From Candidatus Bipolaricaulota bacterium (GTDB lineage Bacteria > Bipolaricaulota > Bipolaricaulia > UBA7950 > UBA9294): a stretch of 35,700 nt of DNA. The position numbers and the translations under genes are program-made. Shown in pieces: positions 1-10,734 of this stretch. The notes under the pieces are model-generated. The model made no database searches. It was given only the letters and a program-made list of their open reading frames with translations, and was not told where the DNA came from. How positions within the stretch are numbered: position 1 is the first letter of the stretch; each line of letters begins with the position of its first letter. The stretch lies in contig WFSM01000063.1 in the NCBI GenBank assembly GCA_015485945.1, positions 1-35,700 of the forward strand, given 5' to 3'.

Positions 1-938
1 GGCCCCATGCCGAGGTGTTCGCGCTGGAAGAAGCAGAAAAAAACGCGCGCGGGGCGACGATCTACGTCACCCTGGAACCGTGCTCTCACTACGGCAAGAC
101 CCCGCCGTGTGCCGATCGGATCATCGAGGCGGGAATATCCCGCGCCGTCGTCGCCTGTCGCGATCCCAATCCGCTCGTAAACGGCCGTGGCATCGAGAGA
201 ATGCGCGCTGCCGGGATCGAGGTGATCGAGGGCGTGCTCGCGGACGAAGCGCGAAAGGCAAACGAGATCTTCATCAAGTTCATCCAGACCAAGATCCCGT
301 TCGTGCTGCTGAAGCTCGCGCTGAGCCTCGATGGGAAGATCGCGACGCGGTCCGGTGATTCCAAGTGGATCACCGGCGAAGAGGCGCGGACCGCGGTCCA
401 TCGCTTGCGACGCCGGTTCGCCGCCGTTCTCGTTGGAGCAACCACCGCGATTAACGATGACCCGCTCCTCACCGTGCGTCACGTCGAGGGACCAAACCCG
501 GTTCGGATCATCCTCGACGGCCGCGGGCGTGTTCCCGACGATGCGCGTATGTTTAACGAAGACGGCCGCACAATTGTTGTCACCACGACGATGCCGGTGG
601 AGAAGGAGACGAAGCTTCAATCTCGTGGGGTTGAAGTGTGGCGCCTTCCCAATGACAAAGACCAAGTTGATCTGCAGGAACTCCTCGTCCGGCTGGGTCA
701 GGAGAATATCGACTCACTCCTGATTGAAGGCGGCGGCGAGACGGCAGCTGCGTTCCTTACCGCCGGTTTTGTCGACAAAGTCGCGTTGTTCATCGCTCCG
801 CTCATCATCGGCGGCCGCGATTCCGTTCCTGCAGTCGGCGGTGCCGGAGCAGCTCGCATTGCCGATGCCATCAGGCTCAGAGATACGGAGGTTATGAAGA
901 TTGGTGAAGATTTTCTTGTGATCGGCTATCTCGTCTGA
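1..938 (+). CDS. ribD: Bifunctional riboflavin biosynthesis deaminase/reductase RibD (5' truncated by window edge)
   Basis: In-frame codons 3-14 read PHAE (deaminase HAE motif); EPCSHYGKTPPC Zn motif; reductase SLDGKIA, SKWIT and IEGGG motifs. Confidence 0.96.
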   Translation, partial: PHAEVFALEEAEKNARGATIYVTLEPCSHYGKTPPCADRIIEAGISRAVVACRDPNPLVNGRGIERMRAAGIEVIEGVLADEARKANEIFIKFIQTKIPFVLLKLALSLDGKIATRSGDSKWITGEEARTAVHRLRRRFAAVLVGATTAINDDPLLTVRHVEGPNPVRIILDGRGRVPDDARMFNEDGRTIVVTTTMPVEKETKLQSRGVEVWRLPNDKDQVDLQELLVRLGQENIDSLLIEGGGETAAAFLTAGFVDKVALFIAPLIIGGRDSVPAVGGAGAARIADAIRLRDTEVMKIGEDFLVIGYLV

Positions 939-1043
939 CAAGCGTGCGGGAGTGAATTGTCGGCTGTGTCTGGTATGCCGGGTGTGGTGATGGCATAATG
1001 GTGTCACAATATACGGCGGGAACCGGAGGTCGGTGGGAGCAGG

Positions 1044-2336
1044 ATGATCGAACGATATAGCCTGTCGCCAATGCGGGAATTATGGACACTGGAGGCCCAG
1101 TATGCGCGCTGGCTTGAGGTGGAGCTGGCTGCGCTTGCCGCGATGGAGCCCCTTGGCGAGGTTCCCACCGGGACGTACGCTGCGGTGCAAAGTAAACTCC
1201 ATGTTGATTCCGCTCGGATCGCCCAAATCGAAGTAGAAATTCACCACGATCTGCTCGCGTTCATCCGGTCGCTGGAAGAACAGGCGGGGGCGCCGGGACG
1301 GTTCATCCACCAGGGCCTCACTTCATCCGATATCAAGGACACAGCCCTCTCCTTGCAGATGCGTGATGGACTCGACATCCTTCTCCGGGAAGCGGATGGG
1401 CTGAGGAAACTGCTGCTTACAAAGGCGGTGGAGTATCAGGACTTGGTGATCGTCGGACGGACGCACGGAATGCATGCCGAGCCGACGACGCTGGGGCTGA
1501 AGTTCGGCAACTGGGCGGCGGAGATCGCGCGCGATATTGCGCGTCTGAAGCAGGCGAAAGCGACGATCAGCGTGGGGAAACTCTCCGGCCCGGTCGGGAC
1601 TTACTCCCAGATTTCACCAGCGGTGGAGAAACTCGCATTGGAGAAACTTGGACTGCGGCCGGCTCTGATCGCCACCCAAGTTCTTCAACGCGACCGCCAC
1701 GCCGAGGTCCTGGCTGCAATCGCGATTACTGGAGCGACACTGGAGAAAATCGCCCTCGAGATCCGCCATCTGTCCCGCACCGAGATCGGTGAAGTGGAGG
1801 AGCCACAGCCGGAGGGATCGTCGTCGATGCCGCACAAGCGCAATCCGATCACCGCGGAGCGGATCTGCGGCTTAGCGCGCATCCTGCGGAGCAACTTGCA
1901 GGCAGGGTTGGAGAACATCGCCCTGTGGCACGAGCGTGACATGTCGCATTCGTCGGTGGAGCGAGTAGTGATCCCTGATTCGTTTCTCCTTCTTCACTAC
2001 ATGCTTGTAAAGATTAGCGCGATTGTATCCGGACTCGTGATCCACGCCGACCGGATTGCGGAGAATCTTGGTCTTACCCACGGAGCGATTTATTCGCAGG
2101 CAGCGCTGATCGAGCTTGTGAAGCACGGGATGCCGCGGAGTGAGGCACACGCAGCGGTAAAGCAGGCGGCGGAACGGGCGATTGCGGACGGAGGCGACTT
2201 TTTCGTCGCGCTGCAGGAAAATCCGGCCATCGCTTCGTACCTGGAACGGGCCGCGCTTGACATCGACACCCTGTTATCCCATGTGCGCGCGATGAGCGCA
2301 GAGATCATCGCCAGGCTGATGAAGGAGTGGGGATAG
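1044..2336 (+). CDS. purB: Adenylosuccinate lyase
   Basis: MIERY N-terminus, HQGLTSSD, GRTHGMHAEPTT, fumarase-superfamily signature SSSMPHKRNP, HERDMSHSSVER. Confidence 0.96.
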   Translation: MIERYSLSPMRELWTLEAQYARWLEVELAALAAMEPLGEVPTGTYAAVQSKLHVDSARIAQIEVEIHHDLLAFIRSLEEQAGAPGRFIHQGLTSSDIKDTALSLQMRDGLDILLREADGLRKLLLTKAVEYQDLVIVGRTHGMHAEPTTLGLKFGNWAAEIARDIARLKQAKATISVGKLSGPVGTYSQISPAVEKLALEKLGLRPALIATQVLQRDRHAEVLAAIAITGATLEKIALEIRHLSRTEIGEVEEPQPEGSSSMPHKRNPITAERICGLARILRSNLQAGLENIALWHERDMSHSSVERVVIPDSFLLLHYMLVKISAIVSGLVIHADRIAENLGLTHGAIYSQAALIELVKHGMPRSEAHAAVKQAAERAIADGGDFFVALQENPAIASYLERAALDIDTLLSHVRAMSAEIIARLMKEWG

Positions 2337-2337
2337 A

Positions 2338-2979
2338 ATGGGATTGATCGGGCTTATCGTGATCGCCTATCTGCTCGGGGCAATCCCGACCGCACTCATC
2401 GCGGGCAAGCTCCTCAAGGGGATCGACATTCGCACCGTGGGAAGCGGGAACGTGGGGGCGACGAACACGTGGCGCGCCCTTGGGTGGAAGGCGGGAGTGG
2501 GAGTGCTGGCGATCGATCTCGGGAAGGGGCTAATTGCGGCGGCGCTCGTCCCGCAAATCCCATTGGGGCCGCTCCCAGTTGATATGCAGGACGTCGCGAT
2601 TCTGTGTGGACTGGCGGCGGTGCTCGGGCATGTCTTTCCTGTCTACATCGGGTTTCGTGGCGGCAAAGGCGTGGCTACCACCACCGGGATGCTCATTGCC
2701 GTTGCGCCGCTTCCGCTCGGAATCGCAGCCGGGATATTCGGCCTGACATTTGTCCTTACCGGACGGGTATCAATCGGCTCGCTGCTGGGAGCAACGAGTG
2801 TCCCAATTGCGGTGTGGCTCCTCGGCCGCTACGGGATCGCCACGTACCCGGTCCTTCTCCTCGGGCTCACTTCGGCGTTGGCGGCGTTTATCGTGTTTAA
2901 TCACCGCGCAAACATTGTTCGGTTGGTGCGGGGCAAAGAACATCCGATCATTCGCCCGTTGTTTGGGCGGCGACGGTAA
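2338..2979 (+). CDS. plsY: Glycerol-3-phosphate acyltransferase PlsY
   Basis: YLLGAIP, DIRTVGSGNVGATN, GHVFPVY..FRGGKGVAT, HRANIVRL motifs; multiple hydrophobic helices. Confidence 0.96.
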   Translation: MGLIGLIVIAYLLGAIPTALIAGKLLKGIDIRTVGSGNVGATNTWRALGWKAGVGVLAIDLGKGLIAAALVPQIPLGPLPVDMQDVAILCGLAAVLGHVFPVYIGFRGGKGVATTTGMLIAVAPLPLGIAAGIFGLTFVLTGRVSIGSLLGATSVPIAVWLLGRYGIATYPVLLLGLTSALAAFIVFNHRANIVRLVRGKEHPIIRPLFGRRR

Positions 2980-3004
2980 CGTATATTTCAGTTGTAATCG
3001 GGAT

Positions 3005-3033
3005 TTGACCGAGAGCACATCCGGTGCTACAAT
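3005..3033 (+). promoter_or_regulatory. Sigma70-type promoter for ftsH-dxr
   Basis: TTGACC (3005-3010), 17-nt spacer, extended -10 TGcTACAAT (3025-3033), 17 nt before the ftsH ATG. Confidence 0.7.
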
Positions 3034-3050
3034 TCCAATGAGGTAATATT

Positions 3051-4883
3051 ATGGAAAAAGATCCGCTTAGAGAACTACGCAATCGTAATTTACGCAATAT
3101 TGCGGTGATCACGGTAATCGTGATCCTGGGACTGATACTGCTTCAGTCCTGGTTCGGAGGGAATAAGCCGCAGAATGAGGTCGATTATACGACGTTCCTC
3201 ACGTTCGTGAAGAGTAGTCAGATCGCCTCGATCGTGATCAAGGACAACCGCGGCACGGCAAAGACCGTCGACGGTGGAACCGTTGTGGTTGAGTTACCGA
3301 GCAACCCGATCCTGTACGAGCCGTTGCTCGTTGACCACAACGTGAAAATTCAGTTCAAACCGCCGTCGCAGAATGGCCTGTTGTGGTCGATCCTCATCTC
3401 ACTGCTGCCGATTATTCTGTTGATCGGGGTATGGATGTACATCATGCGCCGCACGCAGAGCGGTGGAGCGCTCAGCTTCGGGCAGTCAAAGGCGAAGCTG
3501 GTTCAGCCGTACGCCACCCAGGTGACGTTTGCCGATGTTGCCGGCATCGATGAGGTGAAGGAAGAGGTTGAGGAAGTCGTCGAGTACTTAAAAGACCCAA
3601 AGCGGTTCGCTCGCCTGGGGGCGGAGATTCCGAAGGGAATCCTCCTCGTCGGCGCGCCGGGCACGGGGAAGACGTTGCTCGCCAAAGCGATCGCCGGTGA
3701 GGCTCATGTCCCGTTCTTCTCGATCAGCGGCTCGGACTTCGTGGAGATGTTCGTCGGGGTGGGAGCGGCACGGGTGCGCGACATGTTTGCCAAGGCAAAG
3801 GCATCGGCGCCGTGCATCATCTTTATCGACGAGATCGATGCCGTTGGCCGTAAGCGTGGCGCTGGGCTCGGCGGCGGCCACGACGAGCGCGAGCAGACGT
3901 TGAACCAGCTTCTCGCTGAGATGGACGGATTCCAACCGAACAAGGGGATCATCATCCTCGCCGCCACTAACCGCCCCGACGTGCTCGATCCGGCGCTGTT
4001 GCGGCCGGGACGATTCGACCGGCGGATCACCACCCCGCGTCCTGACTTGAAAGGACGAGCGGAGATCCTCAAACTTCACCTCCGCAACAAGAAGATCGGT
4101 GAGGACGTCGATCCCACGATTCTTGCCCGGCGCACCCCGGGGTTCGTGGGAGCTGACCTGAAGAATTTGTGCAACGAAGCGGCTCTGCTTGCCGCTCGCA
4201 ATGATAAGGCACAGGTCGATATGTCCGACTTCGAGGAGGCGATCGACCGCGTGATTGCCGGGGTAAAGCGCAAGGGGATTGTGCTCACCAAGGAGGTACG
4301 GGAGCACATTGCCTATCACGAGTCCGGCCACGCATTGCTGGGGCGGCTCCTGCCCAAGGCCGATCCCGTGCACCGGATATCGATCATCCCCCGCGGTGAC
4401 GGTTCTCTCGGGTTCACGCTCCAGCTCCCGCTGGAGGACAAGTACGTCGTGTCCGAGGAGGAGCTTGAAGACAAGCTCATCACCCTGTTCGGCGGGCGGG
4501 CGGCGGAGGAGATCGTGTTCCACGAGCTCACCACCGGCGCGTACGACGACCTGAAGAAGGCGACCCAACTCGCCAAGCGAATGGTCGTCGAGTACGGGAT
4601 GAGCGATAAGCTGGGACCGATCAGCCTGGCACGCGAGCACGTGAACGTGTTCCTCGGCGAGGAGATCGTAAAGAGCGACGAGCACTCGGAGGAGCTTTCC
4701 GCCCTCGTCGATTCCGAGATCCGCGGGCTTATCACCCGCACCTACGGCCGGGCGAAGCAACTGCTCGCTGAGCACCGCTCCGTCCTCGACCGATTAGCGC
4801 ACGCCCTGCTGGATAAGGAGGTCCTCGCCGGCACGGAGCTCGACGACCTGTTCTCGTCCTTGGTCCCGTCGCCGGCTGCGTAA
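3051..4883 (+). CDS. ftsH: ATP-dependent zinc metalloprotease FtsH
   Basis: Two N-terminal TM helices, Walker A GAPGTGKT, Walker [37 protein letters not shown] zinc motif. Confidence 0.98.
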   Translation: MEKDPLRELRNRNLRNIAVITVIVILGLILLQSWFGGNKPQNEVDYTTFLTFVKSSQIASIVIKDNRGTAKTVDGGTVVVELPSNPILYEPLLVDHNVKIQFKPPSQNGLLWSILISLLPIILLIGVWMYIMRRTQSGGALSFGQSKAKLVQPYATQVTFADVAGIDEVKEEVEEVVEYLKDPKRFARLGAEIPKGILLVGAPGTGKTLLAKAIAGEAHVPFFSISGSDFVEMFVGVGAARVRDMFAKAKASAPCIIFIDEIDAVGRKRGAGLGGGHDEREQTLNQLLAEMDGFQPNKGIIILAATNRPDVLDPALLRPGRFDRRITTPRPDLKGRAEILKLHLRNKKIGEDVDPTILARRTPGFVGADLKNLCNEAALLAARNDKAQVDMSDFEEAIDRVIAGVKRKGIVLTKEVREHIAYHESGHALLGRLLPKADPVHRISIIPRGDGSLGFTLQLPLEDKYVVSEEELEDKLITLFGGRAAEEIVFHELTTGAYDDLKKATQLAKRMVVEYGMSDKLGPISLAREHVNVFLGEEIVKSDEHSEELSALVDSEIRGLITRTYGRAKQLLAEHRSVLDRLAHALLDKEVLAGTELDDLFSSLVPSPAA

Positions 4884-6034
4884 TGCGCCGCGTTATCATT
4901 CTCGGGTCGACCGGCTCGATCGGCACACAGACGATTGACGTAATCACCCGCCTTAACCGCATTGGATACGACTTTGAAATTGTCGGGCTCGGAGCTGGCC
5001 ACAACATCGAGCGACTCAGTCAGCAGGTTGCCGCCGTCCGTCCGCGTGTGGTGTGTGTCGCCGAGGAATCCGGCCGTGACGAGCTTGCACGCCGGTTTCC
5101 CGACCTCGAGATCGTGGTCGGAGAGGACGGGCTGCTTGTGCTTGTCCGCACGGACGACGTCGATATCGTGGTGAACGCCCTCGTCGGTGCAATTGGGCTT
5201 CCTCCCACTCTGGTGGCGCTCGAACAGGGACGCACTGTTGCCCTTGCCAACAAGGAGAGCCTTGTGGTGGGGGGAGAACTGGTCAAAACCGTGCTCGCCG
5301 ACCATGGTGGGACGATTGTCCCGATTGACTCCGAACACAGCGCGCTCCTGCAAGCACTGTCCGCCGGGAAACGGGAGGAGGTGCGCCGGCTGGTCATCAC
5401 CGCATCGGGCGGCCCATTCCTCCGCACCCCGCTCGTGGAGCTCGATCGGGTGCGCCCCGAAGACGCGCTTCATCATCCCAACTGGAACATGGGGACGCGG
5501 ATCACGATCGACTCGGCAACGATGGTGAACAAGGCGTTCGAAGTGATCGAGGCCCATTACCTGTTTGGGATTCCGTACGATCACATCGAGCCGGTCATTC
5601 ACCCGGCGTCGGTGGTACACTCGTTGGTTGAGTACCGCGATGGATCGGTGATCGCCCAGCTCGCTCCTCCGGACATGCGGATCCCGATTCAGTATGCACT
5701 TGTCTATCCCCACCGGCCGGATACCGAATTGCCGCGACTCGATCTCACCGCGGTGGGACCGCTCACGTTTGCACCGCTCGATCACGCGCGCTATCCCGCG
5801 TTTGACGCCGTCCTGTTCGCAGCGGAACGTGGCGGTACTGCTCCGGCAGTGGCCAACGCTGCTGATGAGGTGTTGGTAACGCGGTTCCTCGCAGGCGAGA
5901 TCCCGTTCACTGCGATCGCTCGTGGGATCGCCGCCGCACTTGCAGGGTGGACGGATGACGCTCCGCTCACACTCGCTGCCGTCCGCGCCGCCGATCGCTG
6001 GGCACGCACGGTTGCCCGCAAATACACGCCTTGA
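4883..6034 (+). CDS. dxr: 1-deoxy-D-xylulose-5-phosphate reductoisomerase
   Basis: LGSTGSIG, LANKESLV, PIDSEHSA, TASGGPF, HPNWNMG, DSATMVNK motifs; TAATG overlap with the ftsH stop. Confidence 0.97.
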   Translation: MRRVIILGSTGSIGTQTIDVITRLNRIGYDFEIVGLGAGHNIERLSQQVAAVRPRVVCVAEESGRDELARRFPDLEIVVGEDGLLVLVRTDDVDIVVNALVGAIGLPPTLVALEQGRTVALANKESLVVGGELVKTVLADHGGTIVPIDSEHSALLQALSAGKREEVRRLVITASGGPFLRTPLVELDRVRPEDALHHPNWNMGTRITIDSATMVNKAFEVIEAHYLFGIPYDHIEPVIHPASVVHSLVEYRDGSVIAQLAPPDMRIPIQYALVYPHRPDTELPRLDLTAVGPLTFAPLDHARYPAFDAVLFAAERGGTAPAVANAADEVLVTRFLAGEIPFTAIARGIAAALAGWTDDAPLTLAAVRAADRWARTVARKYTP

Positions 6035-6163
6035 TCTGGGCACGGCGCCCGGGGAGCCAATTGACGGCAGCCCGGGCGGGATGTTAGTCTACATAACGAA
6101 CACACGGCGGCGGTACGGGCGGGCTCGTGTCGCCTGGACTAACAACTGGTTACAAGGAGAGGC

Positions 6164-6985
6164 ATGGATACACACAGGATTATGCAACTCGCGCTCGAAC
6201 TGGCCGGGCTGGATGAGATCCCTGCGGACAGCGCGATCTACCAGCCGGGGGAGGACATCGAACGGGTCATCATTGGGATTGACATCGATACCACCGAGCT
6301 TATCCTCGCCGAGGAGGAGGGGTACGACCTTGCGATCTCGCACCATCCGATGGGGGGCGAGGCGTTCATCAACTTTCATCGCGTGTTGGCACGCCATATC
6401 GACCTGCTGGTAACCGCAGGTGTACCACGTGATGCGGCGAAACAGGCGGTCCTCCCGATGATGGAAGAACAACGGATCGCACACGCAATGCGCAATTACG
6501 ACCGCGCCCCGTCGATCGCTCGGCTGATCGACATGCCATACATGAACATCCACACCCCACTCGATGAGATCGGACGACGGCGGATGGCGGACGCGTGCGC
6601 CGCGCTCGCGCCCACGAACACAGTGGCTGACCTGATCGAACACTTTCGCGCCGTGTTCGGGGAATTCCGCCATGCACTGACGACCATCGAACCGGTGGTG
6701 GGAGCGCCGGAGAACCAACTCGGCCGCATCGCCGTTGCCCACGGCGCCGGCACGAACGGCGGCTATCCGGTGGCAAAAGTGTACTTCACCCACGGAATCG
6801 ACACGGTGATTTACATCCACTGTGCCCCGCGGGACATCGTGCGGCTGCGCCAGGAGTTTCCTGACAAGAACCTTGTTGTCACTGGACACATCGCCAGCGA
6901 CTCGGTGGGAATCAATCCGTTCATCGCTGCGCTTGAGGAGCGAGGAATGGAGGTAACTGCGATCAGCGGGATCGTAGCGCCGTAG
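6164..6985 (+). CDS. NIF3-like (Nif3/YbgI-related) dinuclear metal-centre protein
   Basis: GIDID, SHHP, HTPLD, GHIASDSVG metal-ligand motifs; AAGGAGAGG RBS. Confidence 0.7.
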   Translation: MDTHRIMQLALELAGLDEIPADSAIYQPGEDIERVIIGIDIDTTELILAEEEGYDLAISHHPMGGEAFINFHRVLARHIDLLVTAGVPRDAAKQAVLPMMEEQRIAHAMRNYDRAPSIARLIDMPYMNIHTPLDEIGRRRMADACAALAPTNTVADLIEHFRAVFGEFRHALTTIEPVVGAPENQLGRIAVAHGAGTNGGYPVAKVYFTHGIDTVIYIHCAPRDIVRLRQEFPDKNLVVTGHIASDSVGINPFIAALEERGMEVTAISGIVAP

Positions 6986-6991
6986 GACAGT

Positions 6992-8662
6992 TCACTCAGC
7001 GGTGCGCGGGTCGAACCGATGGCGCTCGATCGCGTACTGTGCCGATATTCGACCGGCACGGTAATCACGTACGATTTCCGAGTGAGGACGCGCGGTTGGA
7101 TCACCGTACCCGCCTCCACCCGGGGTACGAATACTGATGATCTCTCCCGGTGCAAGAATGAATGACCCCTTGCCCGCCACGCGGCGCTCGCCGCTGGCAG
7201 TGATGATGTAATCCACACCCGATGCCCCGGGGGTGCCGCCGTTGATCCCGTACGGTTGCGTGGCGCGGCGATCGGCAAGCAGCGAGACGCGCGCCTGATG
7301 CCCGATCACACGGATGTCGCGTCTGATACCCAACCCACCCCGGTATCGTCCTGCCCCACCGCTGTCGCCGCGTAGCTCGTAACGTTCCACCCGCAATGGG
7401 TACGCGATCTCCAGTGCCTCGATTGGTGTGTTGAGCGTGTTTGTCATGTGGCACTGAATCCCGTCGACGCCGTCCTTGTCCGGCCGCGCGCCAAACCCAC
7501 CCCCGATCGTTTCGTACACTGTGTACGCCCGTCCGGTGCGGGGATCGATCCCTCCGATGGTGACGTTGTTCATCGTCCCCTGGCACGCGGCGATCGTGCG
7601 GTCGGGTGCGGCACTGGCAAGCGCACCGAGAAGGACATCGACGATCCGCTGCGCCGTTTCCAGGTTACCCCCCACCACCGCCGCCGGCGGGCGGGCGTTA
7701 ACCACCGTACCAGGAGGGGCAGTTATCGCGATCGGCCGGTAACACCCAGCGTTGGGAGGAATATCAGGGGCGATGACGGCGCGGATTGCATAGTACACTG
7801 CTGACGCGGTGACTGCGTACACCGCGTTGATCGGGCCGTCCACCTGAGGATCGCTCCCGGAGAAATCGATCGTCATCATATCACCGACAATGTGGATACT
7901 GACTGCAATACGGACCGGACGATCGCTGACGCCGTCGTTATCCAATTGATCCGCGTATCGGTATATCCCATCGGGCATGACAGCGATCGCTGCCCGCATC
8001 TGACGCTCTGATCGGTCCATGATCGCATCGATCGCGGCAATGAGCACCTCCGCGTCATAGCGCGCGAGCAATTCCAGAAATCGCCGCCGCCCCGTCTCAT
8101 TGGCCGCCCGTTGCGCGCGCAGGTCGCCGCGGCGCTCGTCCGGGGTGCGCACGTTGGCGGTGATAACGCTCATCAGATCGGAATCGAGTTTTCCGCCCCG
8201 CCACAGCTTGATCGGGGGTAGGCGCAGCCCTTCCTGGTAAATCTCGGTGGCGTCCCCGGCCACGCTTCCCGGGCGCATCCCGCCCACGTCCGCGTGGTGA
8301 GCGCGGTTGACGGCAAACGCGACCACCGCGCCGTTGTGGAAGATCGGGGTAAGAAACGTGATGTCGGGGAGGTGAGCACCGCCGGCAAACGGGTCGTTCA
8401 CCACGACTGTGTCTCCGGGTGCGAACTCATGAAACCGGGAGAGGACGGCGCGGACGGAGAACGGCATCGCCCCCAGATGCACCGGGATCGATTCCGCTTG
8501 GGCGATCAACTGACCGGCGCGATCGAATAGGGCAGACGAGCAATCGCGGCGCTCCTTGATGTTGGGGCTGTATCCGGTGCGGATCAAATTGTGGTTCATC
8601 GCCTCGGCGATGCCGGCGAGCGCGTTTTCGATGATCGTCAGGGTCACCGGATCGATGGTCAT
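6992..8662 (-). CDS. Hydantoinase B / 5-oxoprolinase family subunit
   Basis: Start MTIDPVTL at 8662 (ATGA overlap with the upstream gene); SPNIKERRDCS, NDPFAGGAHLPD, HHADVGG, TPGGGGYGDP. Confidence 0.92.
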   Translation of the reverse strand: MTIDPVTLTIIENALAGIAEAMNHNLIRTGYSPNIKERRDCSSALFDRAGQLIAQAESIPVHLGAMPFSVRAVLSRFHEFAPGDTVVVNDPFAGGAHLPDITFLTPIFHNGAVVAFAVNRAHHADVGGMRPGSVAGDATEIYQEGLRLPPIKLWRGGKLDSDLMSVITANVRTPDERRGDLRAQRAANETGRRRFLELLARYDAEVLIAAIDAIMDRSERQMRAAIAVMPDGIYRYADQLDNDGVSDRPVRIAVSIHIVGDMMTIDFSGSDPQVDGPINAVYAVTASAVYYAIRAVIAPDIPPNAGCYRPIAITAPPGTVVNARPPAAVVGGNLETAQRIVDVLLGALASAAPDRTIAACQGTMNNVTIGGIDPRTGRAYTVYETIGGGFGARPDKDGVDGIQCHMTNTLNTPIEALEIAYPLRVERYELRGDSGGAGRYRGGLGIRRDIRVIGHQARVSLLADRRATQPYGINGGTPGASGVDYIITASGERRVAGKGSFILAPGEIISIRTPGGGGYGDPTARPHSEIVRDYRAGRISAQYAIERHRFDPRTAE

Positions 8663-10716
8663 TGTGGCAACTCCGCTCCGACCGCGATGATCACGTTCTG
8701 CAATTGATCTACTTGTGCCGTCATCTGCGGCGGCACGAGGATCGTGGTATCGCGCCCGGCGATCACCGCTGGCCCGGTGAGGGCGAGGCCTGGAGCGAGC
8801 TCCGCGCGTGCGAACACGGGCGTGTCCGTCCATCCTGTGGTCGGAAAGTACACAGGACGGATTTCCGGGTGCGCGGGGTGCGCCGCCGCTGGTTTGCGAT
8901 CGTGACCGCGGTCGATTGCAGCTACCGCGCCGACGGCGTGCACACGCAGATTGACGAGTTCCACTGGTTCATCAGGGGCGGAATGTCCGTACAGGTCACG
9001 ATGGCGGGTGTGGAACCGGGCGACAGCGTGGGCGAGCTGGTCCACATCCAACGGCTGCTCCGGAATTTCCACATTGACCTCGTACGATTGGCCGATGTAG
9101 CGCAGATCGAGCGAGCGCTCGCACCGAATCCGCGCCGCCGCCACCCCGTCGCGCACTAGCGCGTCGCGGCCCATCCGCACGAGGTCAGCGAACACAGCGT
9201 TGATTTCATCCGGGTCACAGGCGGCAACCGGCCGCACCACCGAGCGTACGTAGTCGTGTGCAAGATCCGTGCACAACAGGCCGAGAGCGGACAACACCCC
9301 AGCGGCATGGGGCACGATCACACGAGGGATGGAAAGCGCCGCCGCCAGCGCGGGGCCGTGCAACGGCCCGGCGCCCCCGAACGCCAGCAACGAGAAATCA
9401 CGCGGATCACGTCCCCGTTCGACTGTGATTACCCGAACCGCTCGCTCCATGTTTGCCGTGGCAATGGCAATGATTCCGGCGGCTGCCTGTTCCAGTCCTA
9501 ATCCAAGCGGCCGCGCGATCTTATCTGTAATCACCCGCTGTGCTGCGTCGCGGTCAAGCGTGGGCAGCTCCCCGAGCGATTGCCGGGGATCGAGCCGGCC
9601 AAGCACAAGCTGAGCGTCGGTTGCGGTGGGTTCACCGCCGCCGCGGCCATAACAGGCCGGACCGGGATCGGCGCCGGCGCTGCGCGGGCCCACGTGCAGT
9701 CCACCGCCGGAGTCGACCCACGCGATCGATCCCCCACCCGCGCCGATCGTGTGCACTGCTACCATTGGCACTTTGATCGGGTACCCGGCGATGACGCCGT
9801 CCGTGGTCCGCGCTGCTTTTCCGTCCGTCACCAGTGCCACATCAGTGCTCGTCCCCCCCATATCGAACGTGATCAGGTCGTTGTAGCCCGCTCGGTTACC
9901 GACGAATCGCGCCCCCTGCACGCCAGCAGCCGGCCCGGACAGCACGATGCGTACCGGTTGCCGTTCGGCGCCGCGGCTGCTCGTGATTCCCGCGTTTGAC
10001 TGCATAATCTGCCACTTGCGGCGGAACCCCAGCTGCACCCCTTCCGCCTCCAATTGTTCGAGGTAATCGCCGATCACCGGACGCAGCGCTGCATTGATCA
10101 CGGTGGTCGACGTCCGTTCGTACTCGCGAAACTCAGGAAGGACATCGGATGACAGCGTGACCGGTATGTCCGATGCAGCACCGATGATCTCCAACACGCG
10201 GCGTTCGTGGGCGGGATTGACGTACGCAAACAAAAAACAGACAGCGACCGATTTTACTCCGTGCGTCGCCAGCCCGGCCGCGATCCGCTTCACCGCAGGT
10301 TCATCCAATGGAACGATTTCCGCGCCCTGATAATCAAGCCGTTCGGGTACCTCGAACCGAAGCTCGCGCGGCACAAGCGGACGTGGGCGTTCCATCTCAA
10401 GATCATACAGCGATGGCCGATTCTGACGGCCGATTTCGAGAACATCGCGAAACCCAGCGGTGGTGATGAGGGCAGTGGGCGCCAATTTCCCCTCTAACAA
10501 TGCATTGGTAGCAACCGTGGAGCCGTGCACGATCCGTTCCAGTGCAGCGATGCGGATTCCAAACTCCGCCTCGGCCGCGTGCAGTCCACGTGCAACTCCG
10601 TCCGCCAATCGCCCCGGAGTTGACGCCACCTTGAGAAACCGTACCGTGCCGCGGCGGGGATCGAGGGCGACGATGTCGGTGAACGTACCGCCAATGTCGA
10701 TCCCCAGCAGCATCAT
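8659..10716 (-). CDS. Hydantoinase A / 5-oxoprolinase family ATP-binding subunit
   Basis: GIDIGGTFTD, HGSTVATNALLE, REYERTSTT, SGPAAG, DMGGTSTD, IGAGGGSIA; AGGAGG RBS 5 nt before ATG 10716. Confidence 0.93.
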   Translation of the reverse strand: MMLLGIDIGGTFTDIVALDPRRGTVRFLKVASTPGRLADGVARGLHAAEAEFGIRIAALERIVHGSTVATNALLEGKLAPTALITTAGFRDVLEIGRQNRPSLYDLEMERPRPLVPRELRFEVPERLDYQGAEIVPLDEPAVKRIAAGLATHGVKSVAVCFLFAYVNPAHERRVLEIIGAASDIPVTLSSDVLPEFREYERTSTTVINAALRPVIGDYLEQLEAEGVQLGFRRKWQIMQSNAGITSSRGAERQPVRIVLSGPAAGVQGARFVGNRAGYNDLITFDMGGTSTDVALVTDGKAARTTDGVIAGYPIKVPMVAVHTIGAGGGSIAWVDSGGGLHVGPRSAGADPGPACYGRGGGEPTATDAQLVLGRLDPRQSLGELPTLDRDAAQRVITDKIARPLGLGLEQAAAGIIAIATANMERAVRVITVERGRDPRDFSLLAFGGAGPLHGPALAAALSIPRVIVPHAAGVLSALGLLCTDLAHDYVRSVVRPVAACDPDEINAVFADLVRMGRDALVRDGVAAARIRCERSLDLRYIGQSYEVNVEIPEQPLDVDQLAHAVARFHTRHRDLYGHSAPDEPVELVNLRVHAVGAVAAIDRGHDRKPAAAHPAHPEIRPVYFPTTGWTDTPVFARAELAPGLALTGPAVIAGRDTTILVPPQMTAQVDQLQNVIIAVGAELPQ

Positions 10717-10734
10717 CCGCACCTCCTGCGGCGC

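Noticed and set aside
3014-3028. AGCAC-N5-GTGCT inverted repeat in the ftsH promoter as a CIRCE element
   Set aside because: Arms and spacing do not match TTAGCACTC-N9-GAGTGCTAA
3588-6043. Long antisense ORFs (395 aa and 433 aa) opposite ftsH and dxr; similar ones opposite pepF (14183-15190), the S9 peptidase (20415-21503) and the DRTGG gene (31490-32254)
   Set aside because: Shadow ORFs expected from GC-rich codon bias; no motifs, and they overlap confidently identified genes
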